Origin: Candidatus Multivoradales bacterium
GTDB taxonomy: Bacteria > Acidobacteriota > Thermoanaerobaculia > Multivoradales > J023
Assembly: GCA_965248925.1 (NCBI GenBank)
Contig: CBDFLE010000006.1
Coordinates: 2,560,001-2,624,000 of the forward strand
Direction of reading: 5' to 3'
Length of the DNA stretch: 64,000 nucleotides
Position numbers and translations under genes: made by a program. The first letter of the stretch is position 1, and each line of letters starts with the position of its first letter. The notes beneath the pieces were generated by a model, which did no database searches, was not told where the DNA came from, and was given only the letters and a program-made list of their open reading frames with translations. Below are positions 10,086-19,924 of this stretch, piece after piece.

Positions 10086-11234
10086 ATGACTGTCTGGCCA
10101 GAATCAGCAGTTCCTAGGAAGCCCGTGTCACCCCATACCGCCGCCCCAAGCCCCGCCGGCTCCTGTCACCTGGAAATCGACGACCTTCCCCTCGATTTGC
10201 AGTTTGGCGGCCGGCTGGAACAATTGCAGATTCGCTGGGAGAGTTGGGGGGAACTCGACGCGAAGCGCGCAAACGCGATTCTCGTCTGCCCTGCCTTCTC
10301 AGCGGACTCCCACGCCAATTCCCACCGCGAAGACCTCGCCGCGGGTTGGTGGGAAGGAATGATTGGCCCCGGCAAAGCACTCGACTCCGAGCGCTATTTC
10401 GTGCTCTGCCCATCCCTGCTCGGAGGCACCCGGGGTACCACCGGTCCCCTATCGATCAACCCAGCCAACGGTCGGGCCTTTGCCAGCTCCTTTCCGGTGA
10501 TCTCTGTGCGCGATATCGTCGCCGTTCACTTGCGCCTCCTAAAGCGCCTGGGAATTGACCGGCTGACAGCGGTCATCGGCGGCTCGCTGGGCGCCATGGA
10601 GGTCCTCGAGCTAGCAATCCACCATCCCGGTCTGGCCCATCGGGCGATCGCGATCTCTGGCACCGATGCCACCCGCCCTTTCACCGCCGCGATTCGTCAC
10701 CTGGGCCGCCGCGCGATCCAGCTCGACCCCAACTACCTCGGCGGCGAGTATGGGGACCGGCCACCCTACAAGGGCGTGTCCTTGGCACGGGAGATAGGCA
10801 CTCTCTTCTACCGCTCGCGCAGCGAATTCAACCAGCGCTTCGATTGGCCGCCAATCAATCCCCCAAGTCCCGAGGGGATCACTTTCGATGTCGAGTCCTA
10901 CCTCGAGTATCAAGGCGAGAAAGGTGCCGTGCAATTCGACCCTAATTCCTATCTCTCGCTGTCCTTGGCAATGGACCTGCACAACGTCTGGGAAGGGCCG
11001 GCCAGCCGCGCTGATTTGCTAGCGGCGGTCGACTGTCGATTCTTGGTAGCCGGAGCCAATGAGGATCGGCTGATTCCGATCGACGAGCAGCGGTCCGTCC
11101 ACCAGCAGTTCGAGGCGGCGGGGATCGACAGCACCTTCAAGGGCTTCTGTAGCCCGATCGGTCACGATGCCTTTCTCGCAGATATCGACTTCATGACTGA
11201 AATGGTGAGCGACTACCTAAGTCGCACAGAGTAG
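10086..11234 (+). CDS. metX: Homoserine O-acyltransferase (MetX family)
   Basis: GWWEGMIGPGK, GGSLG nucleophile elbow, D..IP, GHDAFL. Confidence 0.85.
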   Translation: MTVWPESAVPRKPVSPHTAAPSPAGSCHLEIDDLPLDLQFGGRLEQLQIRWESWGELDAKRANAILVCPAFSADSHANSHREDLAAGWWEGMIGPGKALDSERYFVLCPSLLGGTRGTTGPLSINPANGRAFASSFPVISVRDIVAVHLRLLKRLGIDRLTAVIGGSLGAMEVLELAIHHPGLAHRAIAISGTDATRPFTAAIRHLGRRAIQLDPNYLGGEYGDRPPYKGVSLAREIGTLFYRSRSEFNQRFDWPPINPPSPEGITFDVESYLEYQGEKGAVQFDPNSYLSLSLAMDLHNVWEGPASRADLLAAVDCRFLVAGANEDRLIPIDEQRSVHQQFEAAGIDSTFKGFCSPIGHDAFLADIDFMTEMVSDYLSRTE

Positions 11235-11297
11235 ACCACTACGGAAGCCCACTACTCAACCAAAGCGTTCTTGGGCACCCTCGACCCGCTCGGCGGG

Positions 11298-13076
11298 CTA
11301 ACGCACCCGCGGCGGATATAGCGCAGCGATTTGTTCCCGATAACGCTGGGTAACCACCCGCCGCTTGATTTTCAATGTCGGCGTCAGCTCTCCAGATTCG
11401 ATCGTCAGCTCGCTGGCCAGCAAAACGAAGCGGCGTACGCGTTCATGCTCGGCAAGCTCGGCGTTGATCCGGCGTAGGATCTCATCGATCCTTTGCCGCG
11501 CCGCGGGCAGCTCGATCAGCTCGGCTGGCGCCAGCCCACGTTGGCCCAAATCCTCGGCCAGGCGATCAAAATCAGGTACCAGCAGTGCCGCCAGGTGCGG
11601 CTGACCGTCGCCAACCACCACCGCCTGGGCTATCAGACCGTTGCTGCTCAGGCGCCCTTCGATCGGCAAGGGCGCAACATTCTTTCCCCCTGAGGTTACC
11701 AGCAGATCTTTCTTGCGATCGGTGATGAAAAGGAAACCGGCGGCGTCGAGCCGACCTATGTCGCCAGTGCGCAGCCAGCCGTCTTGGTCCAGGCACTCAC
11801 GGCTGGCGGCCGGATTCTGCCAATAGCCCTTCATCACACCGGCGCTACGAACCAGGATCTCGCCGTCGTCTGCGAAGCGCAGTTCGACCCCGCGCAGAGG
11901 TCGGCCCACGGAGCCCAGCAGCTGTTGCCCAGGTGCGTTGCTGGTCAGCACCGGTGATGTCTCGGTCAAGCCGTAGCCTTGATAGATCGGCACTCCGGCG
12001 GCCTCAAACAACTCGGCGACTTGCCGCGCCAGTGGCGCCCCGCCCGAGATCCCTAGGCGCAACTCACCGCCAAAAAAATCGCGGATCTTGGCCAGTCCGA
12101 AGCGCAAAGCCAGACTATGTTGAAAGGCCAACAACGGACCCGCGAAGCCGCGGCGGCGGGCCGACGCGTAGCGTCCACCAACCCGCAGCGCCCAGCGAAA
12201 CAGGCGCTGCCGCCGTGCGGTCTGGCGCCGCAGCCTGGTCCGCGCTCGCTGGTCGATACGCTCGTAGATCCTCGGCACTGAAGTCAGCAAAGTCGGACGT
12301 TCGGAACTCAGTACCGACTGCAGCCGCTCGATCTTTGGCAGGTAGTGAATCGTCACCCCGCGATAGAAGCAGAGGTGGTCAACCGTGCGCTGATAGACAT
12401 GCGACAGCGGCAGAAACGAGATCGCCCGATCCTCTACTCCGGCAGGGAAGATCTCTGCGCAAGCGAGCATGTTGGAGACCAAGTTGCGCTGCGTCAGCAT
12501 CACCCCTTTGGGATCGCCGGTGGTGCCGCTGGTGTAGATGATGCTGGCCAAGTCGGTGGCACCCGCCCGGCCGCGGAAACGCTCTAAGGGAATCTCGCCA
12601 CGTCGCTCAGCGCCCTGGCCCATCAACCGGGTGATCGAGGCCCCTTCGGTCAGCGTGGCGTCAGCATCGAAAGCCACCCCCCGAGGTGTGTCGACCATGC
12701 CTTCTCCAAGTTCGCGCAGCAGGTCGCGCTTGTCGGCGTCGCTGTAGAACACCCAGCGACAGCCACTGTTGCGCAAGATATAACCCACTTGGTCGACAGG
12801 CAGATTGGGGTAGAGGGGCACGGTCACCGCCCCGACCAACTGACAGGCGAAGTCGGTAATATGCCACTCGGGGCGGTTCTCTGAGAAGATCGCCACCCGC
12901 TCCCCAGGTTCCAAGCCTTGAGCCTCGAGGGCCAGAGCCAGAGAGTGAATGCGGCCGACGAAGTCACTTGTCGACAATACCTCGCGCCGACTGCCCCAAC
13001 GCACCGAAACCAGCTCGGGCCGCCCGGCGGATAGCTGACGCACATGCAGCACCAAATCGCCCAGGGTACGGATCAT
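11298..13076 (-). CDS. fadD: Long-chain fatty acid-CoA ligase
   Basis: IIYTSGTTGDPKG, YGLTET, TGDIG, DRKKDLLVTSGGKNVAP, ELTPTLKIKR. Confidence 0.9.
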   Translation of the reverse strand: MIRTLGDLVLHVRQLSAGRPELVSVRWGSRREVLSTSDFVGRIHSLALALEAQGLEPGERVAIFSENRPEWHITDFACQLVGAVTVPLYPNLPVDQVGYILRNSGCRWVFYSDADKRDLLRELGEGMVDTPRGVAFDADATLTEGASITRLMGQGAERRGEIPLERFRGRAGATDLASIIYTSGTTGDPKGVMLTQRNLVSNMLACAEIFPAGVEDRAISFLPLSHVYQRTVDHLCFYRGVTIHYLPKIERLQSVLSSERPTLLTSVPRIYERIDQRARTRLRRQTARRQRLFRWALRVGGRYASARRRGFAGPLLAFQHSLALRFGLAKIRDFFGGELRLGISGGAPLARQVAELFEAAGVPIYQGYGLTETSPVLTSNAPGQQLLGSVGRPLRGVELRFADDGEILVRSAGVMKGYWQNPAASRECLDQDGWLRTGDIGRLDAAGFLFITDRKKDLLVTSGGKNVAPLPIEGRLSSNGLIAQAVVVGDGQPHLAALLVPDFDRLAEDLGQRGLAPAELIELPAARQRIDEILRRINAELAEHERVRRFVLLASELTIESGELTPTLKIKRRVVTQRYREQIAALYPPRVR

Positions 13077-13795
13077 CGCTCCTTAGACAACCCGGCTGGC
13101 TGCTTCTCGTCCCAGCGGTTGCCGAAAAGCGTGGTACCCACTCGAACATGGGTCGCGCCCTCTTCGATAGCAACTTCGAAATCGTGGCTCATGCCCATCG
13201 ACAGCCGGGGCAGGCGCTGGCGCCATTCCGGTCGTTGGACTAGTTCGTCGCGCAGCTTACGTAACTTGCGAAACCAACGACGCGAGTCCTGCGGATCTTG
13301 CTGATAGGGAGGCAGAGCCATCAAGCCGACGATGCGGAGGGCTTCGAAGGCCGCGCAAGGCTCCAGTACGGCGGCCAGTTCGTCAACAGAAAAACCTCTC
13401 TTGGTAGGTTCTGCGGCCAGGTTGACCTGCAAGAACCCATCGAGAATGCGGCCCTGGGCGTGGGCTTCACGATCCAACAGCCGAGCGATCTTCAGCCGGT
13501 CGACCGAATGGATGGTGCCGAACAACCGCACCGCTCGCTTGACCTTGTTGCTTTGCAGCGGACCGATCAGATGCCAATCGAGATCCACCGGCAGCTCGGC
13601 TGCCTTGGCCTGCGCCTCTTGGACCTGGCTTTCACCAAAGATGGTTAAGCCAGCAGCGGCGGCCTGCCGCAGCAACGCCAATGGTTGACGCTTGGAGACC
13701 CCGACCAACTCCACCGAGGACGGTGGCCGACCACTGCGAACGCAAGCCTGGCGGATCCGTTCTTCGACTGCCTGCAATCGCGCCGCGACGGTCAC
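13073..13795 (-). CDS. yggS: PLP homeostasis protein YggS
   Basis: VSK, WHLIGPLQSNK, LSMGMSHDFEVAIEEGATHVRVGT. Confidence 0.95.
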   Translation of the reverse strand: MTVAARLQAVEERIRQACVRSGRPPSSVELVGVSKRQPLALLRQAAAAGLTIFGESQVQEAQAKAAELPVDLDWHLIGPLQSNKVKRAVRLFGTIHSVDRLKIARLLDREAHAQGRILDGFLQVNLAAEPTKRGFSVDELAAVLEPCAAFEALRIVGLMALPPYQQDPQDSRRWFRKLRKLRDELVQRPEWRQRLPRLSMGMSHDFEVAIEEGATHVRVGTTLFGNRWDEKQPAGLSKER

Positions 13796-13813
13796 CGCGC
13801 TAACTCCCTGGGC

Positions 13814-14563
13814 TCAAGACGCCTCTTCTTCAGTGATGATGTGCAGAATCCGCTTGCAACTGTCGCACTGGTTGACCGAGGCCTCATTGATGATCTGCAC
13901 CACCAGCTGCGGCCGCACCCGGTAGCTGCATACCGAGCAGAACCAGGTCGCGTTGTTGCCCCGCCGAGCTTCTACCCGCTGCACCGTCGACAAGGGGGTT
14001 GCGGTTAGGCGGTCACGCAAGCGGTCGAACAGGGCCAGGATCGGCCGCGGAATATCCTCGCGCAGCTTCTTGGTCTGCCGTCCCAGCTTCTTGACTTTGC
14101 GGGTTACCGAAGGCTTCTGCTTCTCCCACTTGGCGAGGTGCTCTTGGTATTCGCTATCGAGGTCGGTAAAACTGCTGCTCAGCTCTTCGATCTCTCCCTT
14201 CAGGGTCTCGTGACGCTCCAAAGCCTCGAGCGCCTGCTGCTCGAAAGTCGATACTTGCTCCTTGCTGGTATCGATCTCCTTGAGCAAGGCGCCGTATTCG
14301 CGTTGGGTGGAGACTTGGCTGATTTGCTCCTGGTATTTCTTCAGCTTCTCCTGCACTTCACCAGCGGCACCCTCGGCAGTGCGCCGCTCCAGGGCCGAGG
14401 CTTCGCTCTCCGCCTGCTTTTCGTCGATCTCAGCTTTCTGCACGCTGTGGCGCTGGTGCAGCTCTTCCATCCAGTCTGGAATCCCGGCCAGCAGGGCTGC
14501 GGCCTCGTCCATCTCGGTCAATCTTTGGTGTAGGGCGACAATCGAATCTAAATGGCCTGGCAT
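13814..14563 (-). CDS. Coiled-coil C4-type zinc ribbon protein (DUF164 family)
   Basis: Long coiled coil with REYGALLKEID; C-terminal CSVC...CDSCKRIL. Confidence 0.9.
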   Translation of the reverse strand: MPGHLDSIVALHQRLTEMDEAAALLAGIPDWMEELHQRHSVQKAEIDEKQAESEASALERRTAEGAAGEVQEKLKKYQEQISQVSTQREYGALLKEIDTSKEQVSTFEQQALEALERHETLKGEIEELSSSFTDLDSEYQEHLAKWEKQKPSVTRKVKKLGRQTKKLREDIPRPILALFDRLRDRLTATPLSTVQRVEARRGNNATWFCSVCSYRVRPQLVVQIINEASVNQCDSCKRILHIITEEEAS

Positions 14564-14860
14564 GGTCGTCCGGCTCCATAGTCAAAAGGTTCGGCATGTC
14601 CCCATCCGTCCCCGGGTTGGTCTGGGCGAGTACTGACGAGTAGGCTGTCGGGCGGCGCGGAGCAAACGAAAAAGGCGCTCGCCGTGGAGCACCTCTGCAG
14701 TGAACTACAAGGCGGCGCGCTGGCCACCTGCCCGAACTGGTCGTGGCAGACGGTGGCGAGCATCTCCCCCTGGTCTCGTCGGCCCCGCCCTTGAGACACG
14801 CCGCACCAATTGAGCTGGCTCAGGCCGGTGGTTGCGGATCGATGTCGTCGGTGGCTCTTC

Positions 14861-14965
14861 ATCCCTGTGTTTGCTATCCCTGTGTTTGCTATCCCTGCGC
14901 TTGTTATCCCTGCGCTTGCTATCCCTGTGCCTGTTGCCCCTGTGCTTACAATCCTCGTGTTCGCC
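14861..14965. repeat. Tandem 15-bp repeat, 7 degenerate copies (ATCCCTGTGTTTGCT consensus)
   Basis: Units start at 14861, 14876, 14891, 14906, 14921, 14936 and 14951; CCAGAAGTCCG is also duplicated at 14964 and 14979. Confidence 0.9.
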
Positions 14966-14992
14966 AGAAGTCCGCTCACCAGAAGTCCGACG

Positions 14993-15068
14993 TGGTGGGT
15001 CCACCTGGGTTTGAACCAGGGACCAACCGGTTATGAGCCGGTCGCTCTAACCACTGAGCTATGGACCC
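14993..15068 (-). tRNA. tRNA with CAT anticodon, most likely tRNA-Ile2 (lysidine type)
   Basis: GGGTCCATAGCTCAGTGGTTAGAGCGACCGGCTCATAACCGGTTGGTCCCTGGTTCAAACCCAGGTGGACCCACCA; cloverleaf with encoded CCA; ACCGG-CTCATAA-CCGGT arm typical of Ile2. Confidence 0.9.
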
Positions 15069-15095
15069 AAATCGGCTCTTGGTCACGGGCCAGTG

Positions 15096-15104
15096 ATTAT
15101 ATCA
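15096..15104 (-). promoter_or_regulatory. Extended -10 promoter (TGaTATAAT) for tRNA-Ile
   Basis: Perfect TATAAT preceded by TGn, about 28 bp upstream of the tRNA. Confidence 0.6.
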
Positions 15105-16367
15105 GGGAGGAGCGTCAACGCTACGCCCGGATCTTCCCACATCAGAAACCTGTTGCATCTCGCGGACAACATCTCGCGGTGTCTGCCTCGGATCCGAATG
15201 GCGCAACCAAATACGTTCGAGCTCAGCCGCCAGCTGGCGGTGGCGTTGCGGATCGTCGACCGGTTCGCTGCCGGTCTCGGTCCAGCGTTGCAATTGTTGC
15301 TGCGGCGGGTCAACTCCGGCACCATAGAGAGGCTGGGTGTCGAGAAACCCCCGCCGCCGCTGAGCGAGCGACAAGGAGCGCTGCGAGTCGGCCGCAGCCG
15401 TGTACCTCACCAGCCAAAGAAGCTGGAAATCGCCATCGACCAAGGAGAAGTGGTTGCTCTCGCCGCTGAAGTAGAGTTCAGAAAGAACCGGTTCCTCGAG
15501 GGGGTAGAACAAGCTCGGAGCTCTCCCCGGTTCGGCCTTGCCACCAGCGACCTCGACCAAGGTGGCCCACAGGCGGGTCGCCGCGACGCGCTGATAGGGT
15601 CGCGGCGCTAAACCAGCGGACAACGCCGAGGGCAAACTGATCAGCAACGGCACTTCAACAGCGCTACGGTCGAGTCGCGGCGCGGCGTCTGTGGGCCAAC
15701 CCTGCGCTCCCACCACCACCACTACCAGCGGCCGCTTGCTTGCGGCCCGTAGGGAGGGCAGCATGCCCGCCAAGCGCTGCCCGACCCGGTCAGCCCAAGC
15801 GCCGCGGGACAGCTCGCGGCCTCGGCGGCGCGGTACTACTAAGTGTAACCACTCGAAAATGGCTCGCGTCGTGACCGTCGAACTGTCGGTCACCACCGTG
15901 GGTAACTCCGCGGGGTCGCCGAAGCGAGCGAATCCGGCACTGAGCAAGTGGCGTCGACGGAAGGCAAGCGGCACTCGGGCCACCGTGTCATAACCCAATC
16001 CGGACAGCCGTTCGGCAAGGGTGGTAATGCCTACCTGCTCAACCGCCATTCTGCTAGCCAGCAGCTGGTGGTGCCAAACCCCGAGGCCGGTGTGGATCGA
16101 GGCCAGGGATGCCAGGGGTTCGCTCGACGACACAATCGCCCGGCCTTGCCAATCTTGCGCGGTGGCAAAGGCGTCGAGCGCGGCGTTTGTCGAGTTGGCC
16201 GCGGTGGCGGCAGACCAGCCTTCCACGGTGACCAACAAGATCGAAGGGAGTTCAGGTCGAGGAGGTGGACCGCGATGGCAGCCCAACACCGCCAAGCCGA
16301 GTACCGACCAGACCAGCCAGCAGAGCGGGCACACCGGGGCTGACCTTCTGCACCGCCAGGGGTTCAT
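15102..16367 (-). CDS. Degenerate sulfatase/alkaline-phosphatase-superfamily lipoprotein
   Basis: Lipobox VLGC; PSILLVTVEG, SLASIHTG, TLAERLSGLGYDT and VPLLI match the fold; catalytic residues not evident. Confidence 0.6.
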   Translation of the reverse strand: MNPWRCRRSAPVCPLCWLVWSVLGLAVLGCHRGPPPRPELPSILLVTVEGWSAATAANSTNAALDAFATAQDWQGRAIVSSSEPLASLASIHTGLGVWHHQLLASRMAVEQVGITTLAERLSGLGYDTVARVPLAFRRRHLLSAGFARFGDPAELPTVVTDSSTVTTRAIFEWLHLVVPRRRGRELSRGAWADRVGQRLAGMLPSLRAASKRPLVVVVVGAQGWPTDAAPRLDRSAVEVPLLISLPSALSAGLAPRPYQRVAATRLWATLVEVAGGKAEPGRAPSLFYPLEEPVLSELYFSGESNHFSLVDGDFQLLWLVRYTAAADSQRSLSLAQRRRGFLDTQPLYGAGVDPPQQQLQRWTETGSEPVDDPQRHRQLAAELERIWLRHSDPRQTPRDVVREMQQVSDVGRSGRSVDAPP

Positions 16368-16447
16368 CGACAGAGAATCATCGGCAGGGATTCATCCTCT
16401 GGCGCGGCCGCCGGCGTGTTGATCAGCGGCACCGTAGACCAACTACC

Positions 16448-18511
16448 TCAGAGCCCCAACAGGGCGGCGTCCCCACCGGCCAACAGACGAACCATTTCTT
16501 GCAGGAAGTAATCCTCGCGTTCGCGTACCCGAGGATCGATCCGCTCGTCGTACATCTGCCGCGAGCGGTCAACTTCTTCGCGCAAGCGCTCATAGATGTT
16601 GCGATCACGGCGCCCCTCTTCAATGATCTCCTCGTTGTAGAGCTTGATCTCGCTGACCAACAGGCGGGCCAACCGGCGAGCTTCCTCGTGCAGGGCTTCT
16701 TCACCAGGCGCCAATTTGCCCATGGTCGTCTGGCCGGTGGAAAAGGCCAGGCCGGGACCGGTCAAGTCCAACGGCGGCTTAACCTCCGTGCTAGCCGCCG
16801 AAGAGGGCTGTGACGCTGGCGTCACAGTGGACGGCACGGCCGGGATCGGTGGAGCGGCGGCAAAACCGGCCGATGGCGGTGGTTCCGCGCCTGAAAAGGC
16901 TGGCATCCCGAGCACCGTTGGATCCTCACTGTCGATTGGATCCTCACTGTCGATCTCCCCACCCGCCGCCTTCTCGGGCTCTAGTTCGAAGCCGGTCTCA
17001 AGCTGCGGGTCGAGGGACGGGCGCTCCATAACGTGAGTGTCGTCATCAGAGATGGTGAGCACCGGAGAGGTATCGTCCTCGGTCAGCACCGCAGTATCGT
17101 CGAGCGGCGACGCAAAACCGCCGCTCGACTCGAGTTGCACAGCATCGATGCGCACCGTCTGCTGACCCGCGGCGGCGGTTTCGAGCGGCGACGGATCAGA
17201 AGTGCGTCCCACCACCGGCGGCAACTCGGCTTCCTCTTCTTCTTCGAGCCACAGCTCAGAGCTGTCTTCGAGTTCGAGTTCGACCTCGGGTTCGATCAGT
17301 TCCGCACTGGTATCGGCGGTCTGGAACAAGTCGGCTTCAGACGCCACCGCGGTTCTCACGCTGCTATCAGCCGCCGGAGGATCCTCCTCTAACTTGATCA
17401 CTTCGGTGACTCCAGTCACCGACTCGCCAATCTCCTCTTCCTCTTCAGCGCTGGCGAATGCCCCTTCGCCGGTCTCAATGACCGAGGTGTCCGGTGCCTC
17501 GCTGGCCTCAGACTCCTCTTCGTCACGGGTGGGCACTGCCACGGTAGCGGGCTCTTCATCCAGCGCGGATTCGGCCAGGTCCTCTTCGATCTGAGGCTCC
17601 AGACTGAAGGATGCAGTCTCCGCGGGTTCATCGAGGTCAGGATCCTCAGCCGCAACTTCGGGGTGGGAATCGGGCTCGGCGGCGACTTCTGCGACCGAGT
17701 CCTCGATGGCGATGGCGGCGGCTCCAGCGACCAGCGCCGCGTCAGTCGCCGATTTCTCTTCGGCAGCCACCGAATCATCTTCGGTTTCAACTTCGACCGC
17801 GTCGAGGCGCAATGTCGGCGAGCCGTCGGCGCCGCGGAAGGCCAAGGTCTCGAGCGCTTCGGCGGCAGCGTGGGTGAGGAGCTGCAAGCCTTCGATCTCA
17901 AGCGCGCTTTCGCCCTCGGTGCTGTCCGCATAGAGCGCTCCCGCCAGTTGGCCGCGGAGCACGAAAGGCACCAGGACTCCCTGGCCCGGCACTTCGGCAT
18001 CGATTTGCGCACTCAAGCGGGCGCAGTCGCCAGCACTCAGCCGCAACACCCCGCGGCCGGGACCAAACTCGGCCCAAGTACCGCTACCGCCATGCGCGAA
18101 GGCCAGTCCAGCGAGTCGTTCGTCGCTGCTGCCAAAGCCCCCCCCCCCCCAACCCACCATACCGTCCGGATGATTGAGGAAGAAGGCCGCCCGGCCCGAA
18201 TACTGCCGCGCCCCGTCGACCAAGGTGCCGAGAATTGTCGACTGCTCGCTCTGACCGTTGATCTTGGTGATGGCGGCCAACAGCCCAGGCAACCCCGGTC
18301 CACTGGGCTCGGCCAGCTGGACTTTGTCGCGGGCTTCGATCTCGGCGATCAACTGCGCGAGTTCGTCGCTCTGGCGAAACTTGTCACCTGCCTGCTGGCG
18401 GAACTCTTCGAGGACTCGGTCGAGCACTGCGGACAAGCCTTGTTCCAGGCGACCGCGCCGATCGGGCCCCTGTTCTCCGGTCGGTGCTGATGATTGCGGC
18501 GACTCCGACAT
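16448..18511 (-). CDS. GAF-like domain protein with long acidic linker and conserved helical C-terminal domain
   Basis: VLVPFVLRGQLAGALYAD GAF motif; E/D-rich linker; HEEARRLARLLVSEIKLYN tail; GGAGGAG RBS before ATG 18511. Confidence 0.75.
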   Translation of the reverse strand: MSESPQSSAPTGEQGPDRRGRLEQGLSAVLDRVLEEFRQQAGDKFRQSDELAQLIAEIEARDKVQLAEPSGPGLPGLLAAITKINGQSEQSTILGTLVDGARQYSGRAAFFLNHPDGMVGWGGGGFGSSDERLAGLAFAHGGSGTWAEFGPGRGVLRLSAGDCARLSAQIDAEVPGQGVLVPFVLRGQLAGALYADSTEGESALEIEGLQLLTHAAAEALETLAFRGADGSPTLRLDAVEVETEDDSVAAEEKSATDAALVAGAAAIAIEDSVAEVAAEPDSHPEVAAEDPDLDEPAETASFSLEPQIEEDLAESALDEEPATVAVPTRDEEESEASEAPDTSVIETGEGAFASAEEEEEIGESVTGVTEVIKLEEDPPAADSSVRTAVASEADLFQTADTSAELIEPEVELELEDSSELWLEEEEEAELPPVVGRTSDPSPLETAAAGQQTVRIDAVQLESSGGFASPLDDTAVLTEDDTSPVLTISDDDTHVMERPSLDPQLETGFELEPEKAAGGEIDSEDPIDSEDPTVLGMPAFSGAEPPPSAGFAAAPPIPAVPSTVTPASQPSSAASTEVKPPLDLTGPGLAFSTGQTTMGKLAPGEEALHEEARRLARLLVSEIKLYNEEIIEEGRRDRNIYERLREEVDRSRQMYDERIDPRVREREDYFLQEMVRLLAGGDAALLGL

Positions 18512-18903
18512 AGCGTTTGCTCCTCCGACGAGCGATCGTCTCAAACTCATGAAAACCCAGTCGATTATGCGGCGTGTGACAGCTGGTTTGGTGAAGACCA
18601 CCGATTATTTTTCAAGCCAGCTTCGGTGTCAAGGCAGGTTCAAGATGCGAAACCCTTGTTTTGCGGGCACTTACGACTCTGAAGCCCAATACTTAAGCAG
18701 TTCGGCCCCTGTGGCGGGCGGTTGTCGATGATTTCGGCCCTGTGGTAGCCTCCGCCGAATTACTGGCTTCATCGATCTGATGTCCTTCGCAGATGCGGCG
18801 GACGCGCTACGTGAGCATGACCCGCGACTCGGCGAATGGTCCTGTCGGAGGTCGCCAAGAGAAGCCCTAAACCCCGGAAGTCATTAGTTTCAAGGAGATT
18901 GGC

Positions 18904-19722
18904 ATGCGATCACGACGCTCCCTGCTCGCCTTTTGCAGCCTGATGATACTGGCTCTCGGCCTGATGGCCTGCGGCAGTACAGAAGAAACCGCTCAGGTCG
19001 TCCACGATCCCGCCGAATGGCAGGCGCTGCAGGATGCCCAGCAGGCACTAAATGGCAAACGTCAAGAACTCGCCAACTTGCGGGCGGTCATCGACGGCTC
19101 GGCCAGCGATGAGATCGCGGCAGGTTTCGCCGAGATCGCCGAAGAAGAGTTCAGCGTCAACGCCGAAGCCGTCAACGAAGAAGTGGTTGACATGGCTTTC
19201 GATTTCGTCGGCGGCCTGGTCGAGTTCATCAACAAGAGCATCAACGCCGACGGTGAAGAGACCGAGATTCACCATCTGGCGATCCGTATGAAGAGCGACG
19301 AAGACCTGGCGACCGGCCACGATTTCATCGACCGCGGCGGTGAGTACCAGCGGGCGATCGACATCTTCCAGCAGTCCCTCGCTTTCGATCCCGAGTACCA
19401 GGCACTGCACGATGCCATCGCCAGCGCCAACGATCTACGTTTCATGTCCGAAGAACGCTTCGCCGAGGTCAAGAAGAAGATGACCCAGGCCGAAGTTCGC
19501 AAGCTGCTCGGAGCCCTCAAAGGCACCAACATTCAAGAGTTTCCCAACCGCAACGTCGTTGGCTGGTTCTATCGCAAAGACAACGGCGGTGCAGCCGCGG
19601 TCTACTTCAAGGAAAAGCGCAAGGACGACGGTAATTGGGCAGTCTATGAAGCCGACTACGACGCCATCAAGCCGAAGGTGATCAGTAGCGACGGTAGCGA
19701 AGAAGGGGCAGCAGACGGTTAG
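18904..19722 (+). CDS. Lipoprotein with TPR-like segment and C-terminal BamE/SmpA-like domain
   Basis: Lipobox LMAC; FAEVKKKMTQAEVRKLLG...WFY; AAGGAG RBS. Confidence 0.7.
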   Translation: MRSRRSLLAFCSLMILALGLMACGSTEETAQVVHDPAEWQALQDAQQALNGKRQELANLRAVIDGSASDEIAAGFAEIAEEEFSVNAEAVNEEVVDMAFDFVGGLVEFINKSINADGEETEIHHLAIRMKSDEDLATGHDFIDRGGEYQRAIDIFQQSLAFDPEYQALHDAIASANDLRFMSEERFAEVKKKMTQAEVRKLLGALKGTNIQEFPNRNVVGWFYRKDNGGAAAVYFKEKRKDDGNWAVYEADYDAIKPKVISSDGSEEGAADG

Positions 19723-19791
19723 TCTCCCCTGCTTGCCAACTGCCGGCTGGGTGCGATGCGACCGGTCGGCCGCTGGATTGCGGTTGAAGTC

Positions 19792-19820
19792 TTGACTTCT
19801 GCTTGAGGTTGGCCGACACT
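19792..19820 (+). promoter_or_regulatory. Sigma70-type promoter for rpsU
   Basis: TTGACT-17 bp-GACACT. Confidence 0.5.
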
Positions 19821-19924
19821 ACGCGTCCGAGGTTTGTCTCCTACGGGGGGTTGTGCGCTCTTTTTGAGCGGAAAATCACCCGGCGGCGCCTCAGAAAAAG
19901 CAAAGAAGGCGAGGTGATTTACAC

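Noticed and set aside
14565-14860. RNase P RNA (often near DUF164 genes)
   Set aside because: No GAGGAAAGTCC or AGAACCCGGCTTA signature on either strand
14861-14965. CRISPR array or Cys-rich (CYPCV) peptide gene
   Set aside because: Head-to-tail repeats without spacers; the ORFs in several frames are by-products of the 15-bp period and some overlap the tRNA
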